Below, piece by piece: positions 24,045 to 37,559 of a stretch of 64,000 nt of DNA. The notes beneath the pieces were generated by a model. It searched no databases. It was not told where the DNA came from and was given only the letters and a program-made list of their open reading frames with translations. Origin of the DNA: Catajapyx aquilonaris (Eukaryota); NCBI GenBank assembly GCA_000934665.2, contig KZ538110.1, positions 1 to 64,000 on the forward strand, given 5' to 3'. Position 1 is the first letter of the stretch. Every line of letters begins with the position of its first letter. A program made the position numbers and the translations under genes.

Positions 24045-24830
24045 ACCTTTGCTGCCAGCTAGGCCAGCGGTTCTCAACCTATGCCACATCGGGGGCTTCT
24101 GGAGAGTAATTTCAGATATCCCATATCCCCTCCGCTACCACTGCTTCGGTAAGATAAAGACAGTATGATATTTTACAAATAATAACAGCTATATTAACCC
24201 CGTTCAGGGAAAACACTATGAATGTGTTGCGAACAATTTTACTCCTCTAGAAATCCCTCAATTCATTTCCAAAAAGATCGCCTTATAAACTGGAAATTAG
24301 AGTACTACCGGCCAACTGTTAGGCTGATTTTATAATGAAATACGCTAAAATAAACCAACATCAACCTTGAGAACCGGGCGAGACGAATTTTCTAAAATCG
24401 TTGTGCCTTGCAAGAAATAAATTAATACTTATTTGCTGCTTTTTGACACTTCGCGAGAAGTAAATCAACTTGGGAGTTTTTCGAAGCATCAAAAAGGCTC
24501 AAGTATTTATTTCTTTCTCGCAAAGTAGGACAATTTCAGCAAATTCGTATGGCACAGTTCTCAAGGTTGTTCCGTATATTTGAGCATATTTCACAATTAA
24601 ATCAGCCTAGCAGTTGACCTGTGGTACTTGAATATCGAGTTTTTAAGGCGGTATTTTTGGAAATTAATATAGGGACCTCTAGAGGAGTAAAATTGTTTGC
24701 AACACATTCATAGTGTTTTCCATGAAAGGGTAAATATAGCTGTTATAATTTTTTTTAAATCTTGTCTTTATCTTTAGAGGAGGCGTAAGCTGAAATCTTG
24801 GCATTTGTGGCCTAGCTGGTAGCAAAGGGG
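24045..24830. mobile_element. piggyBac-like palindromic MITE (family B, diverged)
   Basis: TTAA flanks; CCTTTGCTGCCAGCTAGGCC / GGCCTAGCTGGTAGCAAAGG; internal similarity to the 11574 copy. Confidence 0.85.
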
Positions 24831-24844
24831 TTAATACTATACTA

Positions 24845-24975
24845 TAATAATAATAATCTTGGGTAGAGCTTTCGCCCTGTCGGGTTTATCGCACATACAT
24901 TTATTCTGGCTGGACATGTCGGGTGAAAAGCAGAAAAAGCCCCGACCAAGCAGAGGCGACGGGGATGGGATTTGG
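24845..24975 (-). mobile_element. SINE family 4 fragment
   Basis: ctctgcttggtcggg...gcttttcacccgacatg shared with 34877..34990; (ATT)n tail. Confidence 0.6.
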
Positions 24976-26524
24976 CTGGCCAGTAGCATAACCACTAGNC
25001 CAGACCCCCCCCCCCCCCCAAGAGATTAATACTGTATAATGAACCCTTTGTCTCCCACCCGATTCTGCACTCTTTGGGTGGGGGTATAAAAATAGCACTG
25101 TAGGTGAAAATGACTGGATCTGGCACCATTGGTTTCACTCTCGATTCATGCACAAGATGGGGCTGAAGCATCCGAGACCTACAAACCCAAGTTGCTTCTT
25201 GAGAGAGCCATGTACCGCCTCACATGCTATGCACGAGAAGGTGACATCATTCTATTGTGATGTCTACGTGGTTTCCACCCCTCGAAAAAATCCAAGATAA
25301 TTCTATATGATTGCCCCGCTCCCTCTAATAAATTATGAAGATATTAAGAGTCCGTTTAAAAAATTTTAAAGGTCTGGTTTAAACAGAGGTAATGTGAGCC
25401 ACCAGGTGCAAAAAAAAGCAGCCCAGGTGGCAAGTGAACACCGCCTAGAGCTCGGAACAGTCAGTCCAGCCAATTAGGAGCGAGGCCACTTTCACGGCCT
25501 CAATGGTGCCGGGGGGGAGTTTGCCTACCCTTCACAGATCATTCTGATTTTTCTCCGGGGAAAAGTCACTCGCAGAATTTCAGGAATTTTTTAATGGTTT
25601 TCAGCTACATGTCCACTAACCGGGAAATATGCGGCAGGGAGCTGTGTGTATTTAAATTCGTGCAGTAAATGTTTGTTTACAATAAGACCTTTGGCCTATG
25701 ATGTCGTGCCATTAAAAATATCACATGAGTGAGTGGCGTAAATACTCATGAACATCATCTTTACACTGCATATACGCGCTGTTCCTCATGGATCCGAGTT
25801 ATGTACAAATCTGACTCATGGACATTTTCAGGAACATAATCCCATTCGTAGATCAGAGACTTCCTGCATTCTATTGACGTATGGTGAACCATTGAGCTCA
25901 CCGCACGTAGCGTTTTGGACTTAACAAAAATGCCAAAATGCTAATTTCGTGCCGGGATTGGTTCAGAAAATGCCCATAAGCTCTGGCTGCTTCTGGTTTT
26001 CCACTCTGCGATGTAGGCTACATGCTAGTAATAACCTTATTGCTGTTTGGCAAATTGTTGAAAGGAAGAGCAGAAATGATTTTTTGTGCTCATGCACAGC
26101 CCCTGGGCAGAGAGATATGATGGTTATGGGGTGATAGATGGAGACCTTTGAGTTGGTGTTTCTGTGGGGCTTTTGGATGACCGCACCAGTACTGTGGTAC
26201 AGTACTTTGTTCTGGCCCTGCCAGGCATGGTCCGTCACAATTCCTGATAATTCAAGTCAGTTATGAGGGTAGCAAGCTGAGGGCTAATTGTGGGTTATCC
26301 GACCAACAATGCTGCCCCTCTTGTGCAGGTCAACCAAGTTATTGTGGCTTTGCCAAATCGCTGGTTCCTGATTGGCTAAGTCACATATGTTTGTTGGGCT
26401 GCAGCGGCACAAGACGGACAGCATTGTCGATCGGATAACAACCCACAGTAAGCCCTCATCCCGCTAAGCTTGCAACTATAACTTATATCACCAGGCAATA
26501 CGACGTACAATGTCTGGCAGCTAA

Positions 26525-27116
26525 CAAGGGAAGTGTAAGTGTTGTCCGTGGAGTTTCTGAATGCAACTTGGCACAATAATATAGGCAGGTAAGTTATTGA
26601 AGAAAATGGAAACAATTTAGGCAGATGCCCACAAGGTCAAAAGTTATGACCTCTTGAACCCACAAGGGATACTTTCCAAGGTCTCACCGATTTTCTTGAA
26701 ATTCGGTACATTGGTAGGCCACCCAAAGGGATGAAAAACACACCTAAAGTGACCTGCTCAAAATGACCCGGTGACCCCTTTTTGGGGGCTACCAATGCAC
26801 CAAATTTCAAGAAAATCGATGAGTTTTCGGCATTTAAGAGTTGACCTCTGCCCCTCCAAAAGGGATCAACCGGGTCATTTTGAGCAGGTCACTTTAGGTG
26901 GGTTTTTCATCCCTTGGGGTGGCCTACCAATGTACTGAATTTCAAGAAAATCAGTGAGACCTTGTAAAGTGTCCCTTGTGAGTTCGAGAGGTCATAACTT
27001 TTGACCTTGTGGGCATCCGCCTAAATTGTTTGCATTGTCTTTAATAACTTACCTGCCTATATTATTGTGCCAAGTTGCATTCAGAAATTCCACGGACAAC
27101 ACTTACACTTCCCTTG
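26525..27116. mobile_element. Fold-back element with long inverted arms
   Basis: TAA|CAAGGGAAGTGTAAGTGTTGTCCGTGGA ... TCCACGGACAACACTTACACTTCCCTTG|TAA; arms of about 250 bp. Confidence 0.88.
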
Positions 27117-27749
27117 TAAGCCACAAAGACGTACAGTATCACTGCAGTCACTCCAAGGCCACATAGATGCCACCAACACAAAGATGAGGTCAAATCTGAA
27201 ACTACTGTTACCTTTCCCATTGAAAGTTACCCCTAGCAGACCAACATTCCAAATTTTTCTAGGGTGCGTCATATTCATTTGCATCGAGAAGGGAACATAC
27301 ATACACATATTCATCCATCCGCATAGTCTAGCCCGCCACCCCCACGTTCTGCAGTTTCATATCCCCCATTCCGTCCCGCTATAGCAAAAAGTGACCTACA
27401 ATGCCTACAGAAAACGAATATGCGGGGAAACTTCCCACTTTGCATAGTGGGAAATGAAAACCAGCCACTACACAATTGTTGCGTTTCGGCCCTTTAGAGA
27501 CGACCAGAAGTCCAGAACACATTCCTGTTTCCCCCCGCTCGATGAGCGTTTATGTTTGATCTTAACGTGTCAGTAGCCATGGCTACTTCTGGGACGGTTC
27601 CAAAGACTATGGTGGTTACAGGATGGTGTGAGTTTTATATGAAACAAGGCCGAGAAAAAATCGTAGTTCGAATGAAATCTGAAGACATTATTATAATTTT
27701 AAAGAGTCTTAGGCTGATTTTGGGGGGAGGGAGGGAGGAGGATGCCCCG

Positions 27750-27753
<4 letters not shown>

Positions 27754-27823
<70 letters not shown>
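27754..27823. repeat. (CT)n microsatellite
   Basis: Direct reading. Confidence 0.95.
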
Positions 27824-27825
<2 letters not shown>

Positions 27826-28276
27826 CCCCCCCTCACCCCCTAGTGGATCTGCCTGACTGCAGGACAGAGGAGGTCCATGTTTTACTTGTCAGTTCAGAAC
27901 ACAAGTAACAGAAAAAATCCAGACTGTTCGACATAAGAACCAGAAATTTACCTAAAAATCTTTAAAACCCCACGCGGTTGTTTCTACAACAGCTGGGGGG
28001 ACCATGGGGTTCACTGGACATAGAATGCCAAGTTTTCACAAATATCAATCCTAGCCCTATACCTGCATGCTTGGCTCGGGTTCACATTTTTCGTGATTGT
28101 CTTCTCTGGTTTTTAAAAACTGAAGCAAAGAGGTATTTTCTGCAGCAGTTTGGCAGAGACTTGATTTCTTTCTTTTTTGGGAGGTAGGGCCCTTCTGGGG
28201 TGTCAGAAAAAAAACTGTTAGTGGCAGCATGTCATCTGAGGGATGAAGCATTAGCTAGCCCCCGTCCCATCAGTTA

Positions 28277-28466
28277 GGCCACCTTTAGTGTCAACTTTGT
28301 AGAGGTGACTGTCTGCAGTGGGCGGGGAATCCCAGTCAAACGCAAATTAGAGCTTGCTCTAATTCCTTTCAACTGGGAAGCTCTCCACTCAGGGCAGCCG
28401 ACTGATCGAGCGCCTGTGCACACTGCAGACAGTCACCTCTACTAAGTTGGCAATGTAAACGGGGCC
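28277..28466. mobile_element. Harbinger/Tourist-like MITE
   Basis: TTA|GGCC ... GGCC|TTA; inverted gtagaggtgactgtctgcagtg. Confidence 0.75.
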
Positions 28467-28765
28467 TTATTCCTGCAGTCAATGGGTCAGCCTGTTCACG
28501 TTTCTACCCCACTTCCATAAGACAGCCTAGCCCGGGACCAGTAAATGACTTATTTTCCAGCTATATTGTATGCAAGTTGAGAGACTTATGACCGAGATGA
28601 ATGAGATCATGTGACTGATCCAGTGTGTGAGGAGCATCAATATTCCAAATAATATCAATATTACATTCTGAATGCATTATTGGACCAATCATACTTATTG
28701 ACATTAGTGCTTGATGCTGGTGCCCCTGAACATACTCATCAATATCATTAAAATTAAGGTTACTA

Positions 28766-29145
28766 TTTTTATTGTTATTTTTATTATTTTTATTATTTTT
28801 TATTTTTTTTACGTTACCCTGTGCTAGGGCCATGGGCCCTTTTGGGGGGGTGGGATACCACCATTTGCTTCAATTTTCTATTTTTTCTTCTTCACTCCGG
28901 TGCAAGGATGAAAGGACATGGGGAAGGGATAGGGAATTTTTGGGGAGGGAACATGGGTGCAAGGTGCATGTCTGCAAACGGGTCATGTGCTGTTCCCCAG
29001 GAGGTTAGGTTGCCAGACACCTCCTTGGTGCAGGTCAGAGACCCTCCTGACGCAGGTGAAAGGAAAGTTCCCCAGGCGGGGATCGAACCTGGGGCCTTTC
29101 ACACAGCAAGGCGTGACGTTACCATCACGGCCACCACACCTCCCC
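28766..29145 (-). mobile_element. tRNA-derived SINE, family 2
   Basis: 14-bp TSD aattaaggttacta; A-rich tail; near identical to the 19074 copy. Confidence 0.92.
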
Positions 29146-30493
29146 AATTAAGGTTACTAATCAATATACTTATCTAAAAATTGTGCCTCATCTACTGTTA
29201 CCATATAAATTAAATCTGAAATTCTTGGCTATCATCTGTTGTGGTCATTCTAAATGTGAGAATATTGCAAATTCCTGACTTTCAAGATTTTCATAACTGA
29301 AAGGACAGATTCGTAAAAATTGAGTCAATTTCACTTTTTTATGCTTCCTCTTGCCAGAAACAATTTCCTCAATTATTGTGGTACACAACAAAATCAATCT
29401 GTCAACAAATCCCAGTCATTCGCAAACTGGTTTTACTAAATCAGGTAAATCGGTTTCATTCTGAACAAGAGAAGTTACTCGGGATTTGTAATTATTGAAT
29501 AAATTCAGGGCAGTAAATGTTATTATATTGATGACTCATGATTATATGAATAGCTGCTATCATTTTCTCAGTGTCATGTTGAATTATGTACCTTACACAT
29601 GTAAAGTTACATGTAGCTTATTGCAGTCATTACATTTTAATTGTGATTAAATATTAATGTCATCTATAATATTAAAATCCTACAGTGTTTGACTGAGCCC
29701 TCTGATTGGTCCACTGCATATTATTGTTACCGCCGCTACCCATAGGCCTCCAATCCACGCATGCACCATGGGGTGTAAACAATGTCTCTCTAACTTATCA
29801 TTCCGTCTGTCGGCCATAGGGTCAACACTTCACCCTCTCCCCACCCACCCAACAACAACCATGCATCTGTGCCCGACTCCGCCATACTCACGATGTTCCA
29901 TTCTACACCCTCCCCACCCCCCTGTTCCATCCACCCATTCCTGTATTATTGGGTGGTTGGCACCACTGACAATCAATAAGCAGGGTGTTCTTGGAACGTC
30001 GCGTCAGAGGATATGTTCTGATAGCCGGGCTGTTCCAAGGCCAAAGGTGGGGTTTCAGATGGTTCGCAAGGTAGTTTGGAATCACGGATATCACTACAGA
30101 ATCACAGACGGAGGAACGGGTGGGGGTGGGGAGTACGCATATGACTGGAGGAGGATCACTGGCTATAAGTCCAAACCGATTAAAAATGCGGTGTCCACTG
30201 CAGGGTTAGAAAAACCTGTGCGAAGCAAGCAGTTTTCTACGCCTGCACCATAGAAAATTTTGAGTGTAGCGAAGGTTTTTCTAGTTGTTATTGAAATCTT
30301 TCTTAGCAGACCATAAAATTGCTACACTGAGTAATTGCTTGTAAAATAGGGTGGGGGCAGTGGGTATAAGCTACGTAACCAAGGGGGTGCTGGTCAAAGT
30401 TAGGGAACCATTGCTCTAAATTAAGAGGAAGTTGATTCACAAAATTCATGGAAAAATAATCAGAATTCACAAAATAGTGACAAGGCATCTTAC

Positions 30494-30699
30494 CCCCATC
30501 ATCTGGCGTGTGGTGGGTGCTTGCATGGGTGGGTGTCCCTGTGGTGGTAGGTGGTGGTGCATGGCGCCATCTCGTCCACCTGAGGTAGGGTAGTGCTGGT
30601 TCAGGCTTCCCTTAGCACCCTCAGCTAGTGACCCATAGCAATCATTGAGAGGGTCATAATCAGCAATGGAACCAATTCGGCGATTAGGTGGCACAGTCA
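30494..30699 (-). CDS. LASP1: Lasp coding exon 7 (VTVPPNRRIGSIADYDPLNDCYGSLA...RQMMG)
   Basis: ctgcag acceptor, GGG|GTAAGA donor; GSIADYDP linker motif; restores phase 0. Confidence 0.88.
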
Positions 30700-31672
30700 C
30701 TGCAGGACAAGACAAATCCTCAATTGGAAGCTACTGCTGTGTTTAAAGTACTTTCCTTTGTCCACAAGTTCACCAAAAAATTTTAAAATGCACAGCATAA
30801 ACCTGAGTTGGGAAATAACTCGTTACTCTTGAGTTACTAGTGTTGCAAGTATGTTGGAATGTCTTTGAGGAGTCCATATAAGCACCTTTGTGCAAGAAGT
30901 GAAAGGCAGGAAGTCCCCGGTTTATGAATGCCCTGACTGTACCAGTGTTCCCAAACTTACTTCGCCGCGACCCTATGGACAACTTTTCCTTGACCTTTCC
31001 CGACCCGTATGACCCCTCCCCCACATCCTTATCTTTTTCAAAAAAATATATATATATTACTAAATTGTTCGACCAGGTACAATGCTTATGTAGATTTGAG
31101 ACAATTTCCACCCTAAATTTTCCTTCTTTCCTTTGTTTTTTATTTCTCTTTTTTCTTTATTTTAATTCCCTTTTCCCGGCCTTCCCCATGACCATTAAAA
31201 ACATGCTGGTAATCCAGGGATTAGACCAGGATAAACATTTCGTCCATAGAGTTGTACCATTGTCTATGAGCGGTACTGCATTCAGGAGTGTAACCCACTT
31301 CGTAGACCAGGGACTTCCTGTACAACTAAAAATGCAAGCAATAGTGCAGGTTGGCTAATCCACCTGTAAGTCACCTTGCTATGGTAAAATTTAAGGTCAG
31401 GGAATACTATTAGCCATACCACTGTCAAAACAGTGTTCCTACTACTCATTTTCACAATATAGATATGGGTCAATATTGACTACAGGGACAGATTGAGTGC
31501 AGTAACAAAAGTTGCTCTTTTCCAACCACAATTTAATTCCTGTATTCTCTTCCTTTGTATGTTATCCCCTTCGCTACCAGCTAGGCCGAAAACACCTAGA
31601 TTTTCCCTTACGCCTACTCTCAAGATATTTTACTAATAACAGCAGCTATTTTACTCCTCTAGAAGTCCTTAA

Positions 31673-32460
31673 CCCTAATAAGACGGTTGTCACATATGCT
31701 GTGACAGTGGCTTTAAAAAATTCTGCTGGCGAAACTATAGCGTTTTCCCACTATGTAACGAGGTTTCTGTGTGGCTTTTTAAATTTTCTCTCGCGAGTTT
31801 TGGACTACAAAATCGTGAATAAATAAACCGGATTAACCAGATTAACTTGAATAAAATCACCTTTTTGCGGTCGCTGAAAAAAAACTTCAAAAAAAAATCC
31901 GACCTTGACCGGCAAATTTTTGGCATACATAGTTGCCCCCAAACCTCCTCAAGAGATTCCACCCTAAAATTAGTGCAAGAGATGATTTAATCGTTTTAAA
32001 GTACATAAATAATGTTCGTAAATGTCAATTACCTGATGCCGGGAGTCTGCGCACTTCAACCCCGGCCTCAGGCTCACTGGACGGGGCATGCTCCCCGCCC
32101 CTTTTGAATGGCTGAATGTTTACATTCGTGAGGGAGTGCAGTTAGTTTATGTTATGTGTTTATGTTCTGCTTAGTTCAGAGTGCCAAGGCTACATACCGA
32201 TCATTTTTTCTCAAGCAGGCAGAGTGACAAAAAATTGGAGTAGGCCAGAAACAGATGCCTTTGCGCCATCTCGTTGTACATATGCGAGTTTCCACTGCGT
32301 ACGCCTGAGAGTAGGGCCACATAGATGGCCTCAGGATCAAGCCTGGACACTATACGATCGTATTCACTAGTATTTTGAAGTCCCGTCCCCCAAATCCCAA
32401 AAAAGCGAATTTTTTTGCAGATACTTGCAAAAACGCGAAAAACCACTTGTCTTATTAGGG
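31673..32460. mobile_element. piggyBac-like MITE (family A), nested
   Basis: TTAA|CCCTAATAAGAC ... GTCTTATTAGGG|TTAA. Confidence 0.92.
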
Positions 32461-32636
32461 TTAAATTGATTTCCAAAAAGGCCACCTTAAAAACTCGAAA
32501 TTCGAGTACTACCGGCCAACTGTCAGGCTGATTTAATTATGAAATATGCTAAAATATAGGGAACAACCACCTTGAGAACCGTGCCAGACGAATTTGCTGA
32601 AATCGTTGTACTTCGCGAGAAATAAATTAATACTTA

Positions 32637-33171
32637 CAGTAAAACAGTGAGCGTGGTTGGTCACAATGTAAAATAATAGCACATAAACTTCCCTAACTCT
32701 ATAACTCGAAGTTCTCCATAACTCGAAGTGCTGGCAGGGCCTTACGATGGGATATCAATGCATTTTCAGTCGCCCTAAGTCGAAGTTCATGTTGGCGAGT
32801 ACGAAAATTTTTCTAATTTTCCAGGCAAAGGGTCTAGAGTAGCCACATGTACAGAAAGGCTATTTCCTGAATATCCTGATCTCCGTCTACCAGTAATGAC
32901 TCATGCAATCTGGACCGGGTCCCATAGGCCCAGACATTCCCATCTGCGTTTGATTAAATAACGGAGTTTTTTTTACAACAAAACAATGAAGAACATTGTA
33001 GTGTGATAATGACAGTTATTTTTAAGTTGTGTACACCTTTCGTGGCTAGATATAAAGGTAGGCTTCCAATGAGTCATGCTTAAAAAATTCCAAACTTCTC
33101 TAACTTGAATCTTCTATAACTCAAAGTTTTTTCCCAGTACCATGGAGATTTGACTTATAGAAGTTTTACTG
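32637..33171. mobile_element. Tc1/pogo-like MITE (family C), nested
   Basis: TA|CAGTAAAAC ... GTTTTACTG|TA; empty site visible in the family B copy at about 11900. Confidence 0.88.
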
Positions 33172-33971
33172 TATTTGCAGACTGACACTGGTTTGACATT
33201 GGACTTTGGAAAACTCCCGCGAAGTGGCAAAAATCCGCAGATGTATCAATTTATTTCTTGCAAAGTATGACTATTTCAGCAAATTCGTCTGGCACGGTTC
33301 TCAAGGTTGTTGTTCCGTATATTTTACCATATTTCATAATTAAATCAGCCTAACAGTTGGCCGGTAGCACTGGAATTTCGAGTTTTTAAGGCGGCCTTTT
33401 TGGAAATCAATTTAGGGACTTCTGGAGGAGTAAAATTGTTCGCAACACATTCATAGTGTTTTCCATGAATGGGTAAATAGAGCTGTTATTATTTGTAAAA
33501 TATCTTGTCCATATCTTCAGGGTAGGCGTAAGAGGAAATCGAGGCATTTTCAGCCTAGCTGGTAGCGAAGGGCTTAATACTCTTGAAATAGAGAAGCATT
33601 TCATCATAAACAATAAGAGGAAACAATCTGATGTTCACATTTCGAATTACTAGGAATAACAGCATTATCCACTTTGACAATGTCAATTTCTTTTCACACC
33701 TTTCTGATATACACTGCAACAGCGTTTTGTAAGTAACCCAAAAGTAACTGATTATACTCAGGTACTCATTCAACCAAATAGTAATAGTTACTTTTTACCA
33801 ATGAGTGACTATAAGTAATTACTTTTGAAAATAATCTTAATCAACTCGAATCAAAACTGGAACTGTACAGAGTGCATAGCAATATCACTGTAAGAACTGA
33901 GGCAGTGTCATGCACCACAACATACAACATAACACACAACAGAGTGCTCTGAAAGGGTCCCAACACCATAC

Positions 33972-34154
33972 CTGGTCCTCTGTCAGACGTGAAGATGACT
34001 GTAGAGCTCTGCCCTATGCGGGCGGAGTATGGGGTCCCCCCCATTGGAGGAGGCATGCCATGTGGCTGCTCGGCAGATGGGGATGGCTCACTTGCTGGCT
34101 TGATGGGAGACACACTTCGCTGAGATCCATCAGGGGAAGCACTCCCACTACCCA
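33972..34154 (-). CDS. LASP1: Lasp coding exon 6 (S/P-rich linker ...TPYSARIGQSSTVIFTSDRGP)
   Basis: tttcag acceptor, G|GTATG donor; phase 1-1, open frame. Confidence 0.85.
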
Positions 34155-34216
34155 CTGAAACAAGAATGACTGTCACACTGCCCATATTACACTTCCACAC
34201 CACTTTTTTGTCATAC

Positions 34217-34299
34217 CTTTGCCATTTTCACTGCCACTCAGGGATCGCTTTTGTTCCATCATTGCCTTCTTCTCCAGTTCACCATGGTACTGTACATTG
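34217..34299 (-). CDS. LASP1: Lasp coding exon 5 (NVQYHGELEKKAMMEQKRSLSGSENGK)
   Basis: ttttcag acceptor, G|GTATG donor; SNVxYH end of second nebulin repeat. Confidence 0.92.
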
Positions 34300-34876
34300 C
34301 TGAAAAGAATGCAAATCAAATCAAAGACTACACATCCCTCACCAACCAAGAAAACATGCACTATCACCACAATAGTATTGCATACACACACTCATGACAA
34401 AAGTGAAAGTGTCCACAATAATACTGTGCTGAGAGTACCAAGAAAGCAGCACAAAATCTACAAGCTCAATAAACATACAAAACCAATAATATTGCAATCT
34501 ATGTAGGTCATTTCAAAGTCAAAATCAACTCTGTTGCAAACTCATATTGTGGACAAGGGGTCACACAATCAGGTGATTCTTGGGTGATCTCATATGCTTA
34601 CTGGGTGAATCCCTCATGTAAATCATACTGGATCTTGGGTGAATCTCATACACTTTTATTCTAATGTCTGACTCCTTGATTGTGGGTAATTTCACATTGT
34701 AATGTTTTACATTACAATGCATGTGTGTCCACTTTAGATGACAATGCAATGACCCCACATTTGTAACGACTATCACACCAAAACAGTCGAATCCATTGTT
34801 TAACAAACTCTGCTTCAACCAAGTTCTTAAATTAGCACATGGCATAAGCATTATTCAAAGTTTGGAAAGAGACTAG

Positions 34877-34990
34877 GGCTATGCTGCTGGCTAGATAAGC
34901 AGGAGGTCCGGGGTTCAAGTACCGTCCCCATAACTCTGCTTGGTTGGGTCTTTACCCGCTTTTCACCCGACATGACTGGGTAGAATTGCA
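34877..34990 (+). mobile_element. SINE family 4 fragment with tRNA-like B box
   Basis: ggtccggggttcaagtacc followed by sequence shared with the 24845 copy. Confidence 0.55.
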
Positions 34991-35193
34991 TTCCCTGCTC
35001 TGCCTACGGCCAAGAGAAAAAGTCAGCATATCTGTTTGTTCTAGAAGTCACATGCCAAACATTTCCCAGCATTACAAAATATGTAAAATATCTCAATATC
35101 ACCTATATTGATGTCAAAAGCAAGATACAGTAGAGTACATACATTCTTATTATCACTCTAATTCTGAATTTCCCTTGTATCAACAGTTCAAAA

Positions 35194-35347
35194 GCAGTTT
35201 TTTTCTAGCAATGTATCAACAGTTCAAAAAGAATTGTCCCGTCGCGTCGAGCGGGCAGCCACGCGTCAGGATGAAAGGAACCAGTTAACTGGTTCCTTTC
35301 ATCCTGACGCGTGGCTGAACTGTTGATACATTGCTAGAAAAAACTGC
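35194..35347. repeat. Palindrome with a spacer-less 62-bp perfect core (35256..35317)
   Basis: cagccacgcgtcaggatgaaaggaaccagtt|aactggttcctttcatcctgacgcgtggctg plus outer arms. Confidence 0.92.
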
Positions 35348-37559
35348 CTGGGGGGCTGGGTGTTACAAACAGTGCCAAATGTGGGTGCAGGTGGAAGCAT
35401 TAATGAATAAACCTGGCAACCAACTTGCCCTGTGGCATTTCTGAACTGCACTCATGGAAGGAGGTTGCCAGGTTAATTTATGCATGCTTCCACCTGCATC
35501 CACATTTGGTGCTGCTGGCAACACCCCCCCCCCCTCCCTCCCTCCCAAGACAGTTTCTTACAGTAATGTACGTACTTTATGAGGAAAGAGTAACCCTTAC
35601 TGGCATGCGGGAGGCGGCAGGGTGCGTGGTGGCTGGGGGCAGCTTGGCTGTGTCGCAAAGGCAAGGATGCAAGGATTGATTTTTTGGATTTTGGCAGGGG
35701 TACGCTGTACCAACCTAACCTAACCAAGCCTAACCTTCCTTCCTTGCGGATACAGACCCATCTTCAGCCATACAGACCTATCTTCAGCGGATACACGCCT
35801 ATCCTTCGTCCTTACCTTTGCGACACAGCCCGCCGCCCCCACCGACTACTACCCTCCCGCACGCCAGTAAGGTCAACTCTATCCCTTTATGATGCAATTC
35901 ACAAGCCTTCAACAAGAATCTGTGTGACCAAAAACTCCTTGCATGACTTTCAGTAATACAAAGTAAGTTCTACAAAAACTCAACCTAGTCAAAGATCACT
36001 GTAGGTCACAGGATATAAAATTATTGGTTAGTCCCAAACTCCCAACTCAAAGTTCTACATGTTCTCCATATACCTCCAGCTTCGAGCAAAAATTTGTGAC
36101 AGAAACTTCGGCATTTTCACTTTCCTGGACCTTCAGGAGTGACTTTGTGCACTGGATGACTATATTAAATTGGCAGCCCGCTTTGGAAGCTGACCCAACT
36201 GCTACCAATACAAAAGGCACCTAGCGGAGGCACAGCAGCAGCATGACCAGGGAATTAGCACTCGCAAATCTCCCCAGATTATCTGTGAATGGTGTGGAGG
36301 AACTTCCTGATCCTCCCTCTGCAGTATTAACAGCTGGACCAGTCAGATTGATATTATCAGTGCTGCAGTACCATCATATTTTATCCACTCAGGGACTGGA
36401 GCCCAACAAATTGAGTGAAGATCCACTATAATGTTCCCTTGTTTGCCATAACTCATTGATATATGCCCAGTTCATGCCTTTGACTTTTGGAAATACAAAG
36501 GCATTAGGAACCTTCCAGAAGGTTTATTTGTATTTATATTGCATGACTCCCCACAAAATCAACCCTGAAATACATCCTGCGTTTTACAAATTTTTATACC
36601 ATATCATGTGTCTTTTGTAATCAGCATCTATAGGAAAAGCTGAAACCACCAAGAACTTGTGTAGTACTGTGACTAACAGTATGACACTTTGACCAGTTCA
36701 ATTTCTTGCAGTCTAGTGGAATAACTTCCAGCAATCAAATGGCACTGTCACAACAACAGATAATGTAACAGATGAAATATCAGCCTGCTTTTAATGCACA
36801 TACTATAGTTTCTGAATTACCTACATAACTCTGCCACCTTGCCTTTTTCCCAACTGCAAAAGTAACTTCCCCCGTCTGTTATCTACTCTTCATTATATAC
36901 CCCTACTAAAAATAGCAACAAGTCATTGCACTTCTTGCAATTTTCTTGCAAATGTGTGTTACACTCATGTGACCTTGACCATACTTGCTGTACAAATAGG
37001 TCATGTAATTGAATAATGAACCACACTACTCACAAGCCATATATTAACTCAATTGAAATAGGATTTCCCAACATACTTGGTTGTATAACTGTCAAGTTTG
37101 TTAAAGAAGGAATCAACTGTTTATGTTGAAGACTCTTCTAATAACAAAGCATCACAACTCACTCCGTTGTAATAACAAAACACAAAATATCACCACTAAC
37201 AACAACTTCTTCAAACTGTCCAAGCAAACAGTATTACCTGCACAGATTTCACTATGAAGAAAATTCCTTCCTTAAGGATAGTCATAAGCTGCAGAAAGGG
37301 GAAAGCAGAGTATACTGCAATGCACACAGTTTTGAACAATATCATGCTCTCAGTCTCAGTGTGCATAACCTTTACACATTACAATCCATAAAAATTTATT
37401 TTGCTATATTAAAAATTCTCTCATTAATACTGCACAGTCCATATGAAGTGCCTTACCCTGCTGACTCACCCTGCATGCTTGTAAATCATAATGTGCCAGG
37501 GAAATGAACTGTGGCATAAAACTCCTATTCTCCCCATTAAAATTACATTTCAGCAGTCA

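Larger units (their letters stand above)
31566..33573. mobile_element. Family B piggyBac-like MITE carrying two nested insertions
   Basis: CCCCTTCGCTACCAGCTAGGC ... GCCTAGCTGGTAGCGAAGGGC|TTAA. Confidence 0.85.

Noticed and set aside
24999..24999. Single N bases (also 48347 and 52598)
   Set aside because: At or near homopolymer runs; assembly ambiguities rather than biology
31220..31330. Possible extra Lasp exon between exons 6 and 7
   Set aside because: The best acceptor leads to a stop in the required phase, no convincing donor was found, and exons 6-7 already join in frame
35712..35736. (AACCT)n as telomeric repeat
   Set aside because: Only a few degenerate units inside an interspersed repeat
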